This document shows positions 18,576 through 28,816 of a stretch of 64,000 nucleotides of DNA, one piece after another (position 1 is the first letter of the stretch; each line of letters begins with the position of its first letter). This DNA comes from a virus, in IMG/VR virus record IMGVR_UViG_3300046665_000193, positions 1 through 64,000 of that record. One strand, 5' to 3'. Under the pieces are notes generated by a model. It saw nothing but the letters and a program-made list of their open reading frames with translations. It was not told where the DNA came from and searched no databases. The translations under genes and the position numbers were made by a program.

Positions 18576-18653
18576 TCACCTTCAAAACGTAGAGTAGCTA
18601 TGCAAGGTAGGAATAGGTTGCACTCTCACCTAACCGAACGCTGAAAGGTTCAC

Positions 18654-18815
18654 ATGAAGCATTCACTGACCATCCGCATGGGCGCTGCCAACTGGGACGC
18701 TACGCTGTCCAACGGCACCCGCTTTGACTTCCGCTCGATGACCACCGCCGACCGCAAGAAGTGGTACGGGGCGTTCATGTCGTCGGTGCGCAAGATGTAC
18801 CGAGGGGCTCGCTGA
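18654..18815 (+). CDS. Small hypothetical protein
   Basis: MKHSLTIRMGAANWDA...; conserved in C at 63379-63540. Confidence 0.65.
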   Translation: MKHSLTIRMGAANWDATLSNGTRFDFRSMTTADRKKWYGAFMSSVRKMYRGAR

Positions 18816-19018
18816 TGCGGGAGACCCTGATCAACCTCGGCCTCTCAGTCGCACTGATGGGCATCACCATCATGGGCCTGCTGCTCCTCGGAGTGGAAGC
18901 CAAGACGATCCTGTCGTGGTTCGTCGTCATCTCCCTCGCGTCCGGCGTGGTCTGCGTCATCACCCTCGTGATGGAGTTCGTGGACACCATGCGGGCATGG
19001 CTCAACATCCTGCGGTGA
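18815..19018 (+). CDS. Small two-TM membrane protein
   Basis: Hydrophobic; coupled TGATG; diverged counterpart 63540-63743. Confidence 0.55.
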   Translation: MRETLINLGLSVALMGITIMGLLLLGVEAKTILSWFVVISLASGVVCVITLVMEFVDTMRAWLNILR

Positions 19019-19124
19019 CCGAGTTCATCTCGTTTCTCGCAGGCTTCGGGCTGGGGATCGGCGCGACCTCAGCCTTCGTCATCCGCGCAGCACTCAAGGA
19101 CATCAAGGAACTGTCTCAGCTCAC

Positions 19125-19388
19125 ATGATCAACCGTGACCAGATGACTAACGCCGACGCTCAGCTCGTTGCTGACGCTGGCATCGCCATCCTCGACCGGA
19201 TGCAGAACTACAAGCCGCACATCCAGCCACTGGCACTGTGCGCCGCGTTCCTCACTCTCGCCGCTCACATCCGCGTCCCTGCTCAGGACCTCTTCACGCT
19301 CACGACCAACATGCTGTCGGAGGAAGAGAACATCGCGGAGTTCAAGGCGCTGCGTGACTACGTCAAGTACGAGATCAAGCGTGCTTAG
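19125..19388 (+). CDS. Hypothetical phage protein
   Basis: Conserved with 63850 onward. Confidence 0.65.
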   Translation: MINRDQMTNADAQLVADAGIAILDRMQNYKPHIQPLALCAAFLTLAAHIRVPAQDLFTLTTNMLSEEENIAEFKALRDYVKYEIKRA

Positions 19389-19586
19389 GCTCTGGCCGGT
19401 CTGGCTGATCCTCGCCGCTGTCGTCATCGGGGCGCTGCCTCGCTGATGTCCCGCAACCTCTCACTCGCAATCCATATGTGGCGGCAGGGCTATCCAATCC
19501 CTGTTGATCTCCACACCGCACTCACCAACGAGGGGCTCAACGTGGCCCGCCTCGAACAGCGCTATCGCGCGTAAGGAATACACTGA

Positions 19587-20348
19587 ATGGCAAATGCAAA
19601 GCGTCCGCAGGCTCCCAAGGGCACGACCTTCAAGGGCATCTTCAAGTGGCCGAAGCTGACCGAACCTGACTACGGTTCGAAGGAGTTCCCCAAGCCCAAC
19701 GGCGAGTTCAGCACCAAGCTGGTCGGTCGCATGGATGATCCAGACGTGCAGGCGTTCATCGCCAAGTGGCAGCCGCTGCACGACGAAGCCATCGAGCGGG
19801 CCAAGGAAGAGTTCAAGGCCCTCAAGGTCGATGTCCGCAAGAAGCTCAAGGAAGTCACCGTCAACCCGCTCTACACTGAGCTGTACGACGAAGAGACCGA
19901 AGAGCCGACCGGCGAAGTCGAGTTCAAGTTCACGATGCAGTACAGCGGCGAATACAAGTCTGGTCCGAAGCAGGGCAAGAAGTGGTACCGCCGTCCCGGC
20001 ATCTTCGACGCCAAGGGCAACGAGATGAAGCCGACACCGTCCATCTGGGGCGGCACCAAGGGCCGCGTCGCGTTCGAGGTTGGCCTGAACAAAGAGAACA
20101 TGCCCGGCTACTTCATCCCCGGCACCGGCGCTGCGGGCCTGACCCTGCGTCTGCAGGCAGCTCGCATCCTCGAACTGGTCAGCGAAGGCCAGCGTGACGC
20201 CAACAGCTACGGCTTCGGCGAAGAGGAAGAGGGTTACGAATACGACCCGTCCTCGGTCGCATCGAACGACGACGCTGGCACCACCGATCAGACGGATGGT
20301 GAAGCGGGTGGCGAAGGCAACGACGCTGGCTCGAACCCCGACTTCTAA
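19587..20348 (+). CDS. Single-stranded DNA-binding protein (gp2.5-like)
   Basis: Acidic tail ending DF; LRLQAARILELV; position before endonuclease. Confidence 0.85.
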   Translation: MANAKRPQAPKGTTFKGIFKWPKLTEPDYGSKEFPKPNGEFSTKLVGRMDDPDVQAFIAKWQPLHDEAIERAKEEFKALKVDVRKKLKEVTVNPLYTELYDEETEEPTGEVEFKFTMQYSGEYKSGPKQGKKWYRRPGIFDAKGNEMKPTPSIWGGTKGRVAFEVGLNKENMPGYFIPGTGAAGLTLRLQAARILELVSEGQRDANSYGFGEEEEGYEYDPSSVASNDDAGTTDQTDGEAGGEGNDAGSNPDF

Positions 20349-20775
20349 GCTTCGGGGAATTGTTGAGGGCTACCGCAGCGGTCTTGAAGAGAAGGTCGCT
20401 GCGCAGCTCGCATCCCTTGAGGTGCCCGCTCACTACGAGCAGTACAAACTGAACTACGAAGTCCCGGCCCGTAAGGCCACCTACACTCCAGACTTCGTGC
20501 TCCCCAACGGGATCATCATCGAGACCAAGGGTCGCTTCGTCACCGCTGATCGCAAGAAGCATCAGCTCGTGAAGGCAAGTCACCCGCAGCTCGACATCCG
20601 GTTCGTGTTCTCGAACCCCAACAACCGCATCGGCAAGAAGAGCGAGACCACATACGGCATGTGGTGCAGCAAGCTCGGCTTCCTCTTCGCCAAAGCATTC
20701 ATCCCACGCGAGTGGGTGAACGAACCCGTGTGCCCGAAGCGGCTCGCGGCGAACGCAGCAGCGTTCAAGAAGTAA
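20296..20775 (+). CDS. Endonuclease I / Holliday junction resolvase (gp3-like)
   Basis: YRSGLEE, YTPDFVLPNGIIIETKGRF, LDIRFVF; start approximate. Confidence 0.92.
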   Translation: MVKRVAKATTLARTPTSKLRGIVEGYRSGLEEKVAAQLASLEVPAHYEQYKLNYEVPARKATYTPDFVLPNGIIIETKGRFVTADRKKHQLVKASHPQLDIRFVFSNPNNRIGKKSETTYGMWCSKLGFLFAKAFIPREWVNEPVCPKRLAANAAAFKK

Positions 20776-20844
20776 CGACCGGGGAGGGCACAGGCTCTCC
20801 CCACCATCTCAGCTCATAAGCATCCACTGGAAAGAGAACTACAC

Positions 20845-21264
20845 ATGACGAACAAGATCAATCAAGGCGACTGCGTTGAAGTGCTCGACACCTCTGACAA
20901 CCGCTCGTCCGCCACGTTCAAGACCAGCATCGGCAAGCGCTACATTGTCGATGAGGTTCGCGGCAACTTCCTCAGCCTGCGCGGCGTGAAGCGTAAGGGC
21001 TGGAGCATGAGCCGCTTCAAGGTCGTCTCACCGAACTATCCGAAGGCGGACGAGGTCGTCGTCGGCCAGTACATCATCATCCTCCGCGATGAGAACGGTG
21101 TGCTGCTCCCGGCAAAGAACCCGAAGGTCTACCTGACCGACACGCAAGCCATGAAGATCGGCGAGGTAATGGCCAAGAAGCACGGTGGCACCTTCCAAGT
21201 GTTCAAGGCCATCGGCGAATACGACATGCCGAAGATCACCACCCCGACCTTCCGCAAGCTCTGA
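20845..21264 (+). CDS. Hypothetical protein
   Basis: ORF with phage codon usage inside operon. Confidence 0.6.
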   Translation: MTNKINQGDCVEVLDTSDNRSSATFKTSIGKRYIVDEVRGNFLSLRGVKRKGWSMSRFKVVSPNYPKADEVVVGQYIIILRDENGVLLPAKNPKVYLTDTQAMKIGEVMAKKHGGTFQVFKAIGEYDMPKITTPTFRKL

Positions 21265-21312
21265 TCCCACCAACAGCTCACACAACAGCAACCTCTTAAG
21301 GAACCATCACAC

Positions 21313-21549
21313 ATGGCAAAAGACTTCCGCATGGTCGGCAACAAGCCCCAGACCCACATGCTCCTCGATCACTTCTCGGACAAGTCGTCCATCACTGCAG
21401 TCGAGGCGGCGGCGCTGTATCGCATCCGCTCGCTGTCCCGTCGCATCGTCGATCTGTCGAACGATGGCCACCGCTTCTCCAAGCAGCACAGTGTGGACCC
21501 GACCGGGCAGCGTTACGTTCGCTATCACTACCTCGGAGCGTCTGCCTAA
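21313..21549 (+). CDS. Small winged-helix DNA-binding protein
   Basis: SITAVEAAALYRIRSLSRRIVDL pattern. Confidence 0.6.
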   Translation: MAKDFRMVGNKPQTHMLLDHFSDKSSITAVEAAALYRIRSLSRRIVDLSNDGHRFSKQHSVDPTGQRYVRYHYLGASA

Positions 21550-22091
21550 TGTGGAAGCGCTTCACCGCACTGACCATCGCACTCTCCCTCGCTCTCGCCA
21601 CCACGGCGGGAGCACGGGCAGGCACCAGCAGCTTCTCCAGTTCGCGGAGTTCGTTCTCCAGCTCGTCGAGCTACCGGAGCACGCCAAGCTACTCCTCGCC
21701 GAATATGCGCGTCACGCCCAGCTACACCGCTCCGAAGGTGAGTGTGCCAAGCGTGCCCGCACCGAAGCTGAGCGGCACCGGCATCACGCCACCGGCAGCA
21801 GCACCCACCGTGCCGAGCAAGCCTGCCGATACCACGGCCTCGCGCCGCTGGTGGTCATCCTCGACGAGCACGCCAGCCAAGCCGACCTACACGCCATCGG
21901 CACCGGCAGCTCCAGCGCCCGTCGTGGTGCAGCAGAGCGGTAGCTCGTGGACGACGTGGCTCTTCGCATGGTGGCTCTTCTCCGATCACAAGAAGGCCGA
22001 GGCCAAGCCTGCAGAGGCAAAGGGCCAGGTCGAGAAGTGTGATCCCAAAGCGACCATCGCCGAGAAAGTCTGCAAGGAAGGAAGCAAGTAA
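21549..22091 (+). CDS. Signal-peptide, Ser/Pro-rich envelope protein
   Basis: MWKRFTALTIALSLALATTAGARA; WTTWLFAWWLF segment. Confidence 0.55.
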   Translation: MWKRFTALTIALSLALATTAGARAGTSSFSSSRSSFSSSSSYRSTPSYSSPNMRVTPSYTAPKVSVPSVPAPKLSGTGITPPAAAPTVPSKPADTTASRRWWSSSTSTPAKPTYTPSAPAAPAPVVVQQSGSSWTTWLFAWWLFSDHKKAEAKPAEAKGQVEKCDPKATIAEKVCKEGSK

Positions 22092-22094
22092 CGC

Positions 22095-22367
22095 ATGCGC
22101 TACAAAGAACTGACGGCAGCACTGAAAGCTGCAGGACATCTCGACGCCCTCAAGCTGGTCGAGGGCATGTACGTCAAGCAGAAGCGACGCCCGATGCGCA
22201 TGAGTGGTCGACACCTGACCATGGAGGATGCCGTTGCGATCCACAAACTGTATCGCTTCACGCGGCTGAACCATGGACAGATCGCCAATCAGCTCGGACT
22301 GAACATCGGTCAGGTGACGCACGTCCTGAATGCGGAAGCCTTCCCCGAGGCTGCGCAGCATGCATGA
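22095..22367 (+). CDS. Hypothetical HTH protein
   Basis: LNHGQIANQLGLNIGQVTHVL. Confidence 0.5.
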   Translation: MRYKELTAALKAAGHLDALKLVEGMYVKQKRRPMRMSGRHLTMEDAVAIHKLYRFTRLNHGQIANQLGLNIGQVTHVLNAEAFPEAAQHA

Positions 22368-22540
22368 CACCCACCGCGACCATCCCGCCCGACGCCTTCG
22401 CCCCCAACGGGTGAAGCTCGTCGAGTATCTCCTGCGCAAACGTGGTCGGTTCTACTACGGAGCCGCCGACGAGTTCATCGATCAGGTTGGCAAGTTTCAT
22501 CCTGACGTGCTGCGCGATGCCGACGCGATCCTAGAAGCGA

Positions 22541-24238
22541 TTGGTGTCTGACGACGACAGCGTCTTCGTCGCGAAGGAGCCATGCCCTGAGTGCGGCTCC
22601 CGCGACAACCTCGCTCGCTACTCCGATGGCCACGCCTTCTGCTTCGGTTGCTCTCACTGGGAGCCGCCGACAGACGGCAGCGGCGAGCGCCCCCAGCAAA
22701 CCGAAAGGAGACAAGTGTCAGGCTTGATTGATGCAGGCGACTTCATTGCGCTAGGCAAACGACAACTATCCGAAGAAGACTGCCGCAAGGCGGGCTACTC
22801 AGTCTCCACCTTCCGAGGACAGCCTGTCCAGATCGCGGCCATCAAGGACCCGATGACAGGCGAGACCATCGCCCAGAAGGTTAGGCTCCCCAACAAGGAC
22901 TTCCTGTATCTCGGTGAGACTAAGGATGATCCGTTCTATCTGCAGCACCTCTGGAAGGACGGCGGCAAGCGCGTCGTCATCACAGAAGGCGAAGTGGACG
23001 CGGTCACCGTCCTGAAAATTCAACAACACAAGTGGCCCGTCGTCTCCATCACGAAGGGCGTCAAGGGCGCTAAGAAGCAGATACAGCAGCAGCTCAAGTG
23101 GCTCGACAAGTTCGACGAAGTCGTCCTGATGTTCGACAACGACGAAGAGCACACGCGGCCAGATGGTACCAAGTGGTATCCCGGCCAAGACACTGCTATC
23201 GACTGCGCGTCGGTGTTCAAGCCCGGCAAGTGCAAGATCGCACGGCTCCCGCTCAAGGATGCCAGCGACATGCACACTGCAGGCCGCGACGATGAAGTCG
23301 TCACCGCGATCTGGAACGCCAAGACCTATCGCCCTGACGGTGTCGTCACCATCGCTGAGGTGCGTGATGCGGTGCTGCGGGACCCGGAGCAGGGCTTCCC
23401 ATGGTTCTCCGAGGAACTGACCAAGCAAACCTACGGTCGCCGCCTCGGTGAGATCAGCACGTTCGGCGCAGGCACAGGCGTCGGCAAGACCGACTTCCTG
23501 ACTGAGCAGATGCAGTTCGACATGGTGCAGCTCAGCCAGCCCATCGGCGTGTTCTCGCTCGAACAGCAGCCAGCGGAGACCGTCAAGCGGCTCGCCGGCA
23601 AACAGGCAGGCAAGCGTTTCCACATCCCGTCATCGGATGAGAACGCATGGTCGAAGGATGAGCTGATCGCATCGCTCGATGTGATGGAAGCTGGCGGCAA
23701 GCTGTTCATGTACGACAGCTTCGGTGCCACCGACTGGGGCATCATCCAGACCACCATCCGCTTCTTGCACCACAGCGAAGGCGTGAAGCTCTTCTACGTC
23801 GATCACCTCACCGGCCTCGCGGCTGCAGAGAGTGACGAGAAGACGGGCATCGAGCGCATCATGGCCGAGATGGCAGCGCTGGTGAAAGAGCTGAACATCC
23901 ACATCCATCTGGTGTCGCATCTCGCAACGCCAGAGGGCAAGCCACACGAAGAGGGCGGTCGCGTCATGATCCGTCACTTCAAGGGCTCGCGCTCGATTGG
24001 CTTCTGGAGCCACAGCATGTTCGGCATGGAGCGCGACCAGCAAGCCGAGAGTGAAGTGCTGCGGACCATCACCACGTTCCGCATCCTCAAGCACCGCCCC
24101 GATGGTTCGAAAGTCGGGAAGTGCGTCTACTTCGGATACGACAGCGAGATCGGACGATTGTTCGAGACCGAGTTACCCGAAGAGGTCAACGACAATCCAT
24201 TCCAAGGCAAAGCCGAAGGGAGCAATACCGATTTCTGA
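22541..24238 (+). CDS. DNA primase/helicase (gp4-like)
   Basis: CPECGSRD..CFGC Zn finger, TEGEVD/FDND TOPRIM, AGTGVGKT, VDHL. Confidence 0.95.
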   Translation: MVSDDDSVFVAKEPCPECGSRDNLARYSDGHAFCFGCSHWEPPTDGSGERPQQTERRQVSGLIDAGDFIALGKRQLSEEDCRKAGYSVSTFRGQPVQIAAIKDPMTGETIAQKVRLPNKDFLYLGETKDDPFYLQHLWKDGGKRVVITEGEVDAVTVLKIQQHKWPVVSITKGVKGAKKQIQQQLKWLDKFDEVVLMFDNDEEHTRPDGTKWYPGQDTAIDCASVFKPGKCKIARLPLKDASDMHTAGRDDEVVTAIWNAKTYRPDGVVTIAEVRDAVLRDPEQGFPWFSEELTKQTYGRRLGEISTFGAGTGVGKTDFLTEQMQFDMVQLSQPIGVFSLEQQPAETVKRLAGKQAGKRFHIPSSDENAWSKDELIASLDVMEAGGKLFMYDSFGATDWGIIQTTIRFLHHSEGVKLFYVDHLTGLAAAESDEKTGIERIMAEMAALVKELNIHIHLVSHLATPEGKPHEEGGRVMIRHFKGSRSIGFWSHSMFGMERDQQAESEVLRTITTFRILKHRPDGSKVGKCVYFGYDSEIGRLFETELPEEVNDNPFQGKAEGSNTDF

Positions 24239-24608
24239 CAAGTGCGAACCGCTTCACAAAGCTGGACCGCTGGACCTGCGCATCACTCGCGCGGGTCCGA
24301 TGATCCTGATCACCACCCTAGACGGCGACGAGGTTGTCGCTGAACAAGTCATCGCTCGCGATGGCGTCCCGTCATTCATCAAAGCATTGCGCGAGGTGGC
24401 CGGTGTCTAAGGTCCCCAACGTATTCGCGCTAAGCGCCCATGAGAACGTGCGCGTGGCTATCGACAACAACGATATCATCATCGGCGTCCCAGATCAGAA
24501 GGCCGTCGTGATCCCAGTCGTCCTGTTCGCGCACATCGTGCAGAGCATCGACGAACTCTGCATCGCAAACAACATCCTCATTGAAGAAGCGGCTCTGGTA
24601 ACTAAGCA

Positions 24609-26576
24609 TTGAGATATGACTTCGACTGCGAGACGGACGGCCTTCTTGAAGAGCTGACCGTTACCCACTCTCTGGTGCTCGGAGACATCGATAAGGGCAC
24701 CACACATTCCTTCTGCGACCAACCGAACTATCCCAAGGTTGACGAAGGTTTACGCGAGCTGATGGACGCGGACTTCATCTGCGGCCACAACGTCATCAAG
24801 TTCGACATCCCGGCACTGCAGAAAGTCTACCCGTGGTTCAAGCCGCGCGGTGAAGTGCAGGACACGCTGGTCCTGTCACGCCTCATCAAGGCGGACATCA
24901 AGGATGACGACTTCGCCTTCGCCAAGAAGATGGAGCGACGCGGCACTCCGCACTTGTTCCCCAAGCACATGATCGGCAAGCACTCGCTCGAAAGCTGGGG
25001 CTACCGCCTCGGTGAATGGAAGGGTGACTACTCCGATGCCCGCAAGAAGCTCGCGAAAGAGCAGGGCATCAAGGACAAGGCCGAGATCATGCGCTTCGTC
25101 TGGGGCTCATGGAATAAGGAGATGCAGGACTACTGCGAGCAGGACGTTGCCGTCACTCGCAAGCTGCGTGAGTTCTTCTGGGCCAAGCTGCAAGATGGAT
25201 GGGGCGAGCACTGCGTTGAGCTGGAGCACGAGGTTGCGTGGCTGATCGCACGGCAAGAACGCTACGGCGTCGGCTTCGACGAACCGGCTGCTGCCAAGTT
25301 CTACGCTACGCTCGTCGGCCACCAGCAGAAACTGGACAACGAGCTACAGCGCTCGTTCCCGCCGAAGACCGTCGAGACTGTGTTCATCCCCAAGGTGAAC
25401 AACAAGAAGATTGGCTATGTGAAGGGCCAGCCGTTCATCAAGCGGCAGGTCGTCCCGTTCAACCCCGGCTCCCGTCAGCAGCTCGCTGAGCGACTGGAGG
25501 CGCTGGGCTGGAAGCCACAGACCTACGGCAAGGACGGCATCCCGACCATCGACGACGAAGTGTTGAAGAGCCTGCCATATCCCGAAGTGGCTCCGCTCAA
25601 GGACTACTACGTTATCGAGAAGCGCCTCGGTGCACTCGCCAACGGCAAGCAGGCGTGGCTCAAGAATTGTCGCGGCGGTCGCATCTATCCTGAGGTGATC
25701 ACCAACGGCGCGGTCACCGGACGCATGACGCATCGCGTCGTGGTCAACGTCCCCGGCGCCATCGACAAGAAGACAGGCGAGAAGCAGCTCTACGGTCTCG
25801 AATGCCGTGCGCTGTTCATTCCAAAGAAGGGCAACATCCAAGTCGGCTGCGACGCTGACAGCTTGGAAGGCCGCGTCATGGGCCACTACATGGGCTTCTA
25901 TGACGGCGGCGCTTACGCCACCTCGCTGCTCTATGGCAACAAGGCCGAAGGCACCGACAACCACTCGCGCACTGCTGCGGCGCTGGCGAAGTGGAAGTGT
26001 CACCGCGAGACGGCGAAGACCTACTTCTATGCTCTGGTCTACGGTGCGTTCGACGCCAAGCTGGGTGAAATCCTCGGCGCGACCGGAAGCAAGAAGGCCA
26101 AGGAAGCTGTCGGCAAAGAAAGCCGTGAAGCTGTGATGAAGGGCATCCCCGGTCTCGACAGGCTGGTGAATGCGCTCACGTCGAAGGCCAAGGCCAACGG
26201 CTTCATCATGGGCCTCGACGGTCGCAAGCTCCGCGTCCGTTCGGCTCACGCCATCCTGAATACGCTGTTCCAGTCCGCTGGTGCCATCGTCATGAAGGAA
26301 GCTGCCATCATCCTCGACACCGAACTGTGCGGCGTGAAGCCAAGCGTGATCGGCAAGATGGGTGCGGAAGCGGCGACCAAGCTTCGCCCTGGCACCGACT
26401 ATGAGTTCATGTTGAACTACCATGACGAATGGCAGCTCGACGTTCCCCCTCACAACAAGGACACGGTAGCAACGGCGGCAACTGATGCCATCCGTAAAGC
26501 TGGCGAGTTCTACAAGTTCCGTTGCCCGCTCAAAGGCAACGCGGATATCGGCGATAGCTGGGCCGCAACGCACTGA
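24609..26576 (+). CDS. Family A DNA polymerase (gp5-like)
   Basis: FDCETD ExoI, GHNVIKFD, YCEQDV, CDADSLEGR, AKTYFYALVYG, YHDE. Confidence 0.95.
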   Translation: MRYDFDCETDGLLEELTVTHSLVLGDIDKGTTHSFCDQPNYPKVDEGLRELMDADFICGHNVIKFDIPALQKVYPWFKPRGEVQDTLVLSRLIKADIKDDDFAFAKKMERRGTPHLFPKHMIGKHSLESWGYRLGEWKGDYSDARKKLAKEQGIKDKAEIMRFVWGSWNKEMQDYCEQDVAVTRKLREFFWAKLQDGWGEHCVELEHEVAWLIARQERYGVGFDEPAAAKFYATLVGHQQKLDNELQRSFPPKTVETVFIPKVNNKKIGYVKGQPFIKRQVVPFNPGSRQQLAERLEALGWKPQTYGKDGIPTIDDEVLKSLPYPEVAPLKDYYVIEKRLGALANGKQAWLKNCRGGRIYPEVITNGAVTGRMTHRVVVNVPGAIDKKTGEKQLYGLECRALFIPKKGNIQVGCDADSLEGRVMGHYMGFYDGGAYATSLLYGNKAEGTDNHSRTAAALAKWKCHRETAKTYFYALVYGAFDAKLGEILGATGSKKAKEAVGKESREAVMKGIPGLDRLVNALTSKAKANGFIMGLDGRKLRVRSAHAILNTLFQSAGAIVMKEAAIILDTELCGVKPSVIGKMGAEAATKLRPGTDYEFMLNYHDEWQLDVPPHNKDTVATAATDAIRKAGEFYKFRCPLKGNADIGDSWAATH

Positions 26577-26985
26577 CCCGGAAGGGTTCGTGTACATCAT
26601 CACCAACCCGGCATGGCCATCCCACTGCAAGATCGGCAAGGCACTCGTCATGAAAGACCGCGTGAAGGTCTATCAGACGGGCTCGCCTTACCGTGACTAC
26701 AGGGTAGTCGCACATGCGTTCTTCGATGATCGCAAGGCGGCTGAGGCTGAACTGCACGAGCAACTAAGGGGCCACCGCGTCGGCAAGACAGAGTGGTTCT
26801 TCATCCATCCCGATGACGCCAGCGCGATGCTGCGTCGCATCTCCCGAAGGAAGAAACGACATGAGCGAACACGATCAACGCGAATGGTCAAACGACCTCC
26901 GAAACAAGTACGGCATCGCGGAACCAATCGAACCCGAAACACTCGCGGACCTGATCCAAGACGCACGAGACGAGGCAAAGCGTGA
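26485..26985 (+). CDS. GIY-YIG family (T5orf172-like) protein
   Basis: GFVYIITNPAW...KIGKA...R...YQTGSP...EWF; start and end uncertain. Confidence 0.7.
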   Translation: MPSVKLASSTSSVARSKATRISAIAGPQRTDPEGFVYIITNPAWPSHCKIGKALVMKDRVKVYQTGSPYRDYRVVAHAFFDDRKAAEAELHEQLRGHRVGKTEWFFIHPDDASAMLRRISRRKKRHERTRSTRMVKRPPKQVRHRGTNRTRNTRGPDPRRTRRGKA

Positions 26986-27173
26986 GAGCATCTGAACTAC
27001 ACAACAAGATCACCGCGAAGATCGTCTTCCACAACAAGGCGAAGGTTGACGCGGCGAAGCTGGCACGGCGCTACATGAACTGCCACGACTTCAATGAAGC
27101 TGCCCGCTGGGCTGATGCCGCGAAGGCGCATCGGTTCGCTGCAGACAGCCTGCGGGAATTGCTCGGTCAGTGA
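26982..27173 (+). CDS. Hypothetical protein
   Basis: Coupled to exonuclease start (GTGA). Confidence 0.5.
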   Translation: MRASELHNKITAKIVFHNKAKVDAAKLARRYMNCHDFNEAARWADAAKAHRFAADSLRELLGQ

Positions 27174-27919
27174 AGGCGAAGCTCACCGTCCTGATCGACG
27201 GAGACATCATCGCCTACAAGGCCGCATGCGTGAACCAACAGGACATCGATCTCGGCGACGGGATCATCTCCTCCAAGACCAACCTCAACGGTGCACTGGA
27301 AGATGCTGAACGCATCATCGACGGCATCGCCAACAAGCTGAACGCTGACAGCATCATCGTCGGGCTCACCGGCCCGCTGATGGAGATCAGCAACCGCAAC
27401 TTCCGCAAGGAGCTGCTGCCCACCTACAAGGGCAACCGCTCGGGGCCGAAGCCGATCCTGCTGGCCAGTGTCAAAGAACACATCCGGTCGGCATACGACA
27501 CCAAGATCAAGGATGGCTTAGAGGCGGACGATACGCTGGGCATCTTGCTCACGCATCCGACGCTGATCCCCGGCAAGCGTGTTCTCGTCTCCACCGACAA
27601 GGACCTCCTGCAGATACCGGGGCGACACTACAATCCCGACAAGGAAGCCAAGCGCATGGTCACCGAAGCGCAGGGTGACTACTTCCATCTACTGCAGACC
27701 ATCACAGGCGATCCCACGGACAACTACTCAGGCTGTCCCGGCATCGGCCCTAAGCGTGCACCCGCCATCGTCGATCAGGGCTGGCCGGGCATCGTGGCTG
27801 CTTACGAGAAGAAGGGCCTCACCGAGGACGACGCGCTCGTCCAAGCCCGCTGCGCTCGCATCCTCCGACACACCGACTACGACTTCAAACTCAAGGAACC
27901 CATTCTCTGGACCCCATGA
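27170..27919 (+). CDS. 5'-3' exonuclease (gp6-like)
   Basis: LIDGD, YKGNR, LEADD, DKDL, GDPTDNYSGCPGIG. Confidence 0.93.
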   Translation: MKAKLTVLIDGDIIAYKAACVNQQDIDLGDGIISSKTNLNGALEDAERIIDGIANKLNADSIIVGLTGPLMEISNRNFRKELLPTYKGNRSGPKPILLASVKEHIRSAYDTKIKDGLEADDTLGILLTHPTLIPGKRVLVSTDKDLLQIPGRHYNPDKEAKRMVTEAQGDYFHLLQTITGDPTDNYSGCPGIGPKRAPAIVDQGWPGIVAAYEKKGLTEDDALVQARCARILRHTDYDFKLKEPILWTP

Positions 27920-28494
27920 CAGCTCCTCTCATCGGCCTCTATTCCCCCCGCGCACAGTCGGGCAAGTCCACCTCCGCACGTCACATCGCCCATCGCGCCA
28001 AGGGCGTTACCATGTCCTTCGCAGACCCGATGCGTGCAGCCATCGTGCCCATCGCCGCGCCCTTTATGGAAGGCGGGGAGGCTGAGGTCTGGCAGTGGTT
28101 CGGCGACGAGCGCAAGGACAAGGCAAAGGTTCCGCAGCTCGACGTGACGCTGCGCTTCCTGTTGCAGACCCTCGGCACCGCATGGGGCCGGGAGACGATC
28201 CACCCGGATGTCTGGGAGATGATCGCCAAAGAGACCTCTCGCAAGCACCGCAAGCGCTGCGTCACCATCATCGACGACGTTCGGTTCGAGAACGAGTACG
28301 CCATGATCAAACGGGAAGGCGGACTGCTGTTCAAGATCGAGCGACCCGACGCGCCGGTCTCGGGCAACTTCTGGCACAAGTCAGAGGCCCGGCTGGAGAA
28401 CCTGCCGTTCGACGAGACGATCATGAACGTGGGCACCGAGGCTGCACTCGTGGCGCAGATCGACGACCTCGTATTCGACTACTTCGGAGTGTGA
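27916..28494 (+). CDS. Deoxynucleoside monophosphate kinase
   Basis: QSGKST, SFADPMR, LQTLGTAWGR, IDDVRFENE. Confidence 0.88.
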   Translation: MTAPLIGLYSPRAQSGKSTSARHIAHRAKGVTMSFADPMRAAIVPIAAPFMEGGEAEVWQWFGDERKDKAKVPQLDVTLRFLLQTLGTAWGRETIHPDVWEMIAKETSRKHRKRCVTIIDDVRFENEYAMIKREGGLLFKIERPDAPVSGNFWHKSEARLENLPFDETIMNVGTEAALVAQIDDLVFDYFGV

Positions 28495-28591
28495 CTACAA
28501 AGTGGCAAGACTGAACCGTAATCAAGGCGAGGAGGGCGGCGACAATAGGTTGCCCTCCTACCCAACCAATTCGCCTTCCGTTGCACCTGAG

Positions 28592-28816
28592 GTGACGACG
28601 GAGATCATCAACTATCTGAACGCCAAATTCCCCGACACGCTCCCTCCTGCGGGCTCTGCCTACACTGAGGTGGAGCGAGCATGGGGAAGGCGCGAGGTGA
28701 TCGAGCATTTGATCTGGCGTCAGAAACAGAACGAAGAAGAGAACAATGTGCTTCGGCGGCGGATCGACTCCCCCTCCAGCGCAGGCCCCGGCACCACCGC
28801 CGCCGCCTCCGGCTGA
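28592..28816 (+). CDS. Hypothetical protein (gp6.5 position)
   Basis: YLNAKFP...GRREVIEHL; downstream of promoter motif at 28546; start uncertain. Confidence 0.5.
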   Translation: MTTEIINYLNAKFPDTLPPAGSAYTEVERAWGRREVIEHLIWRQKQNEEENNVLRRRIDSPSSAGPGTTAAASG

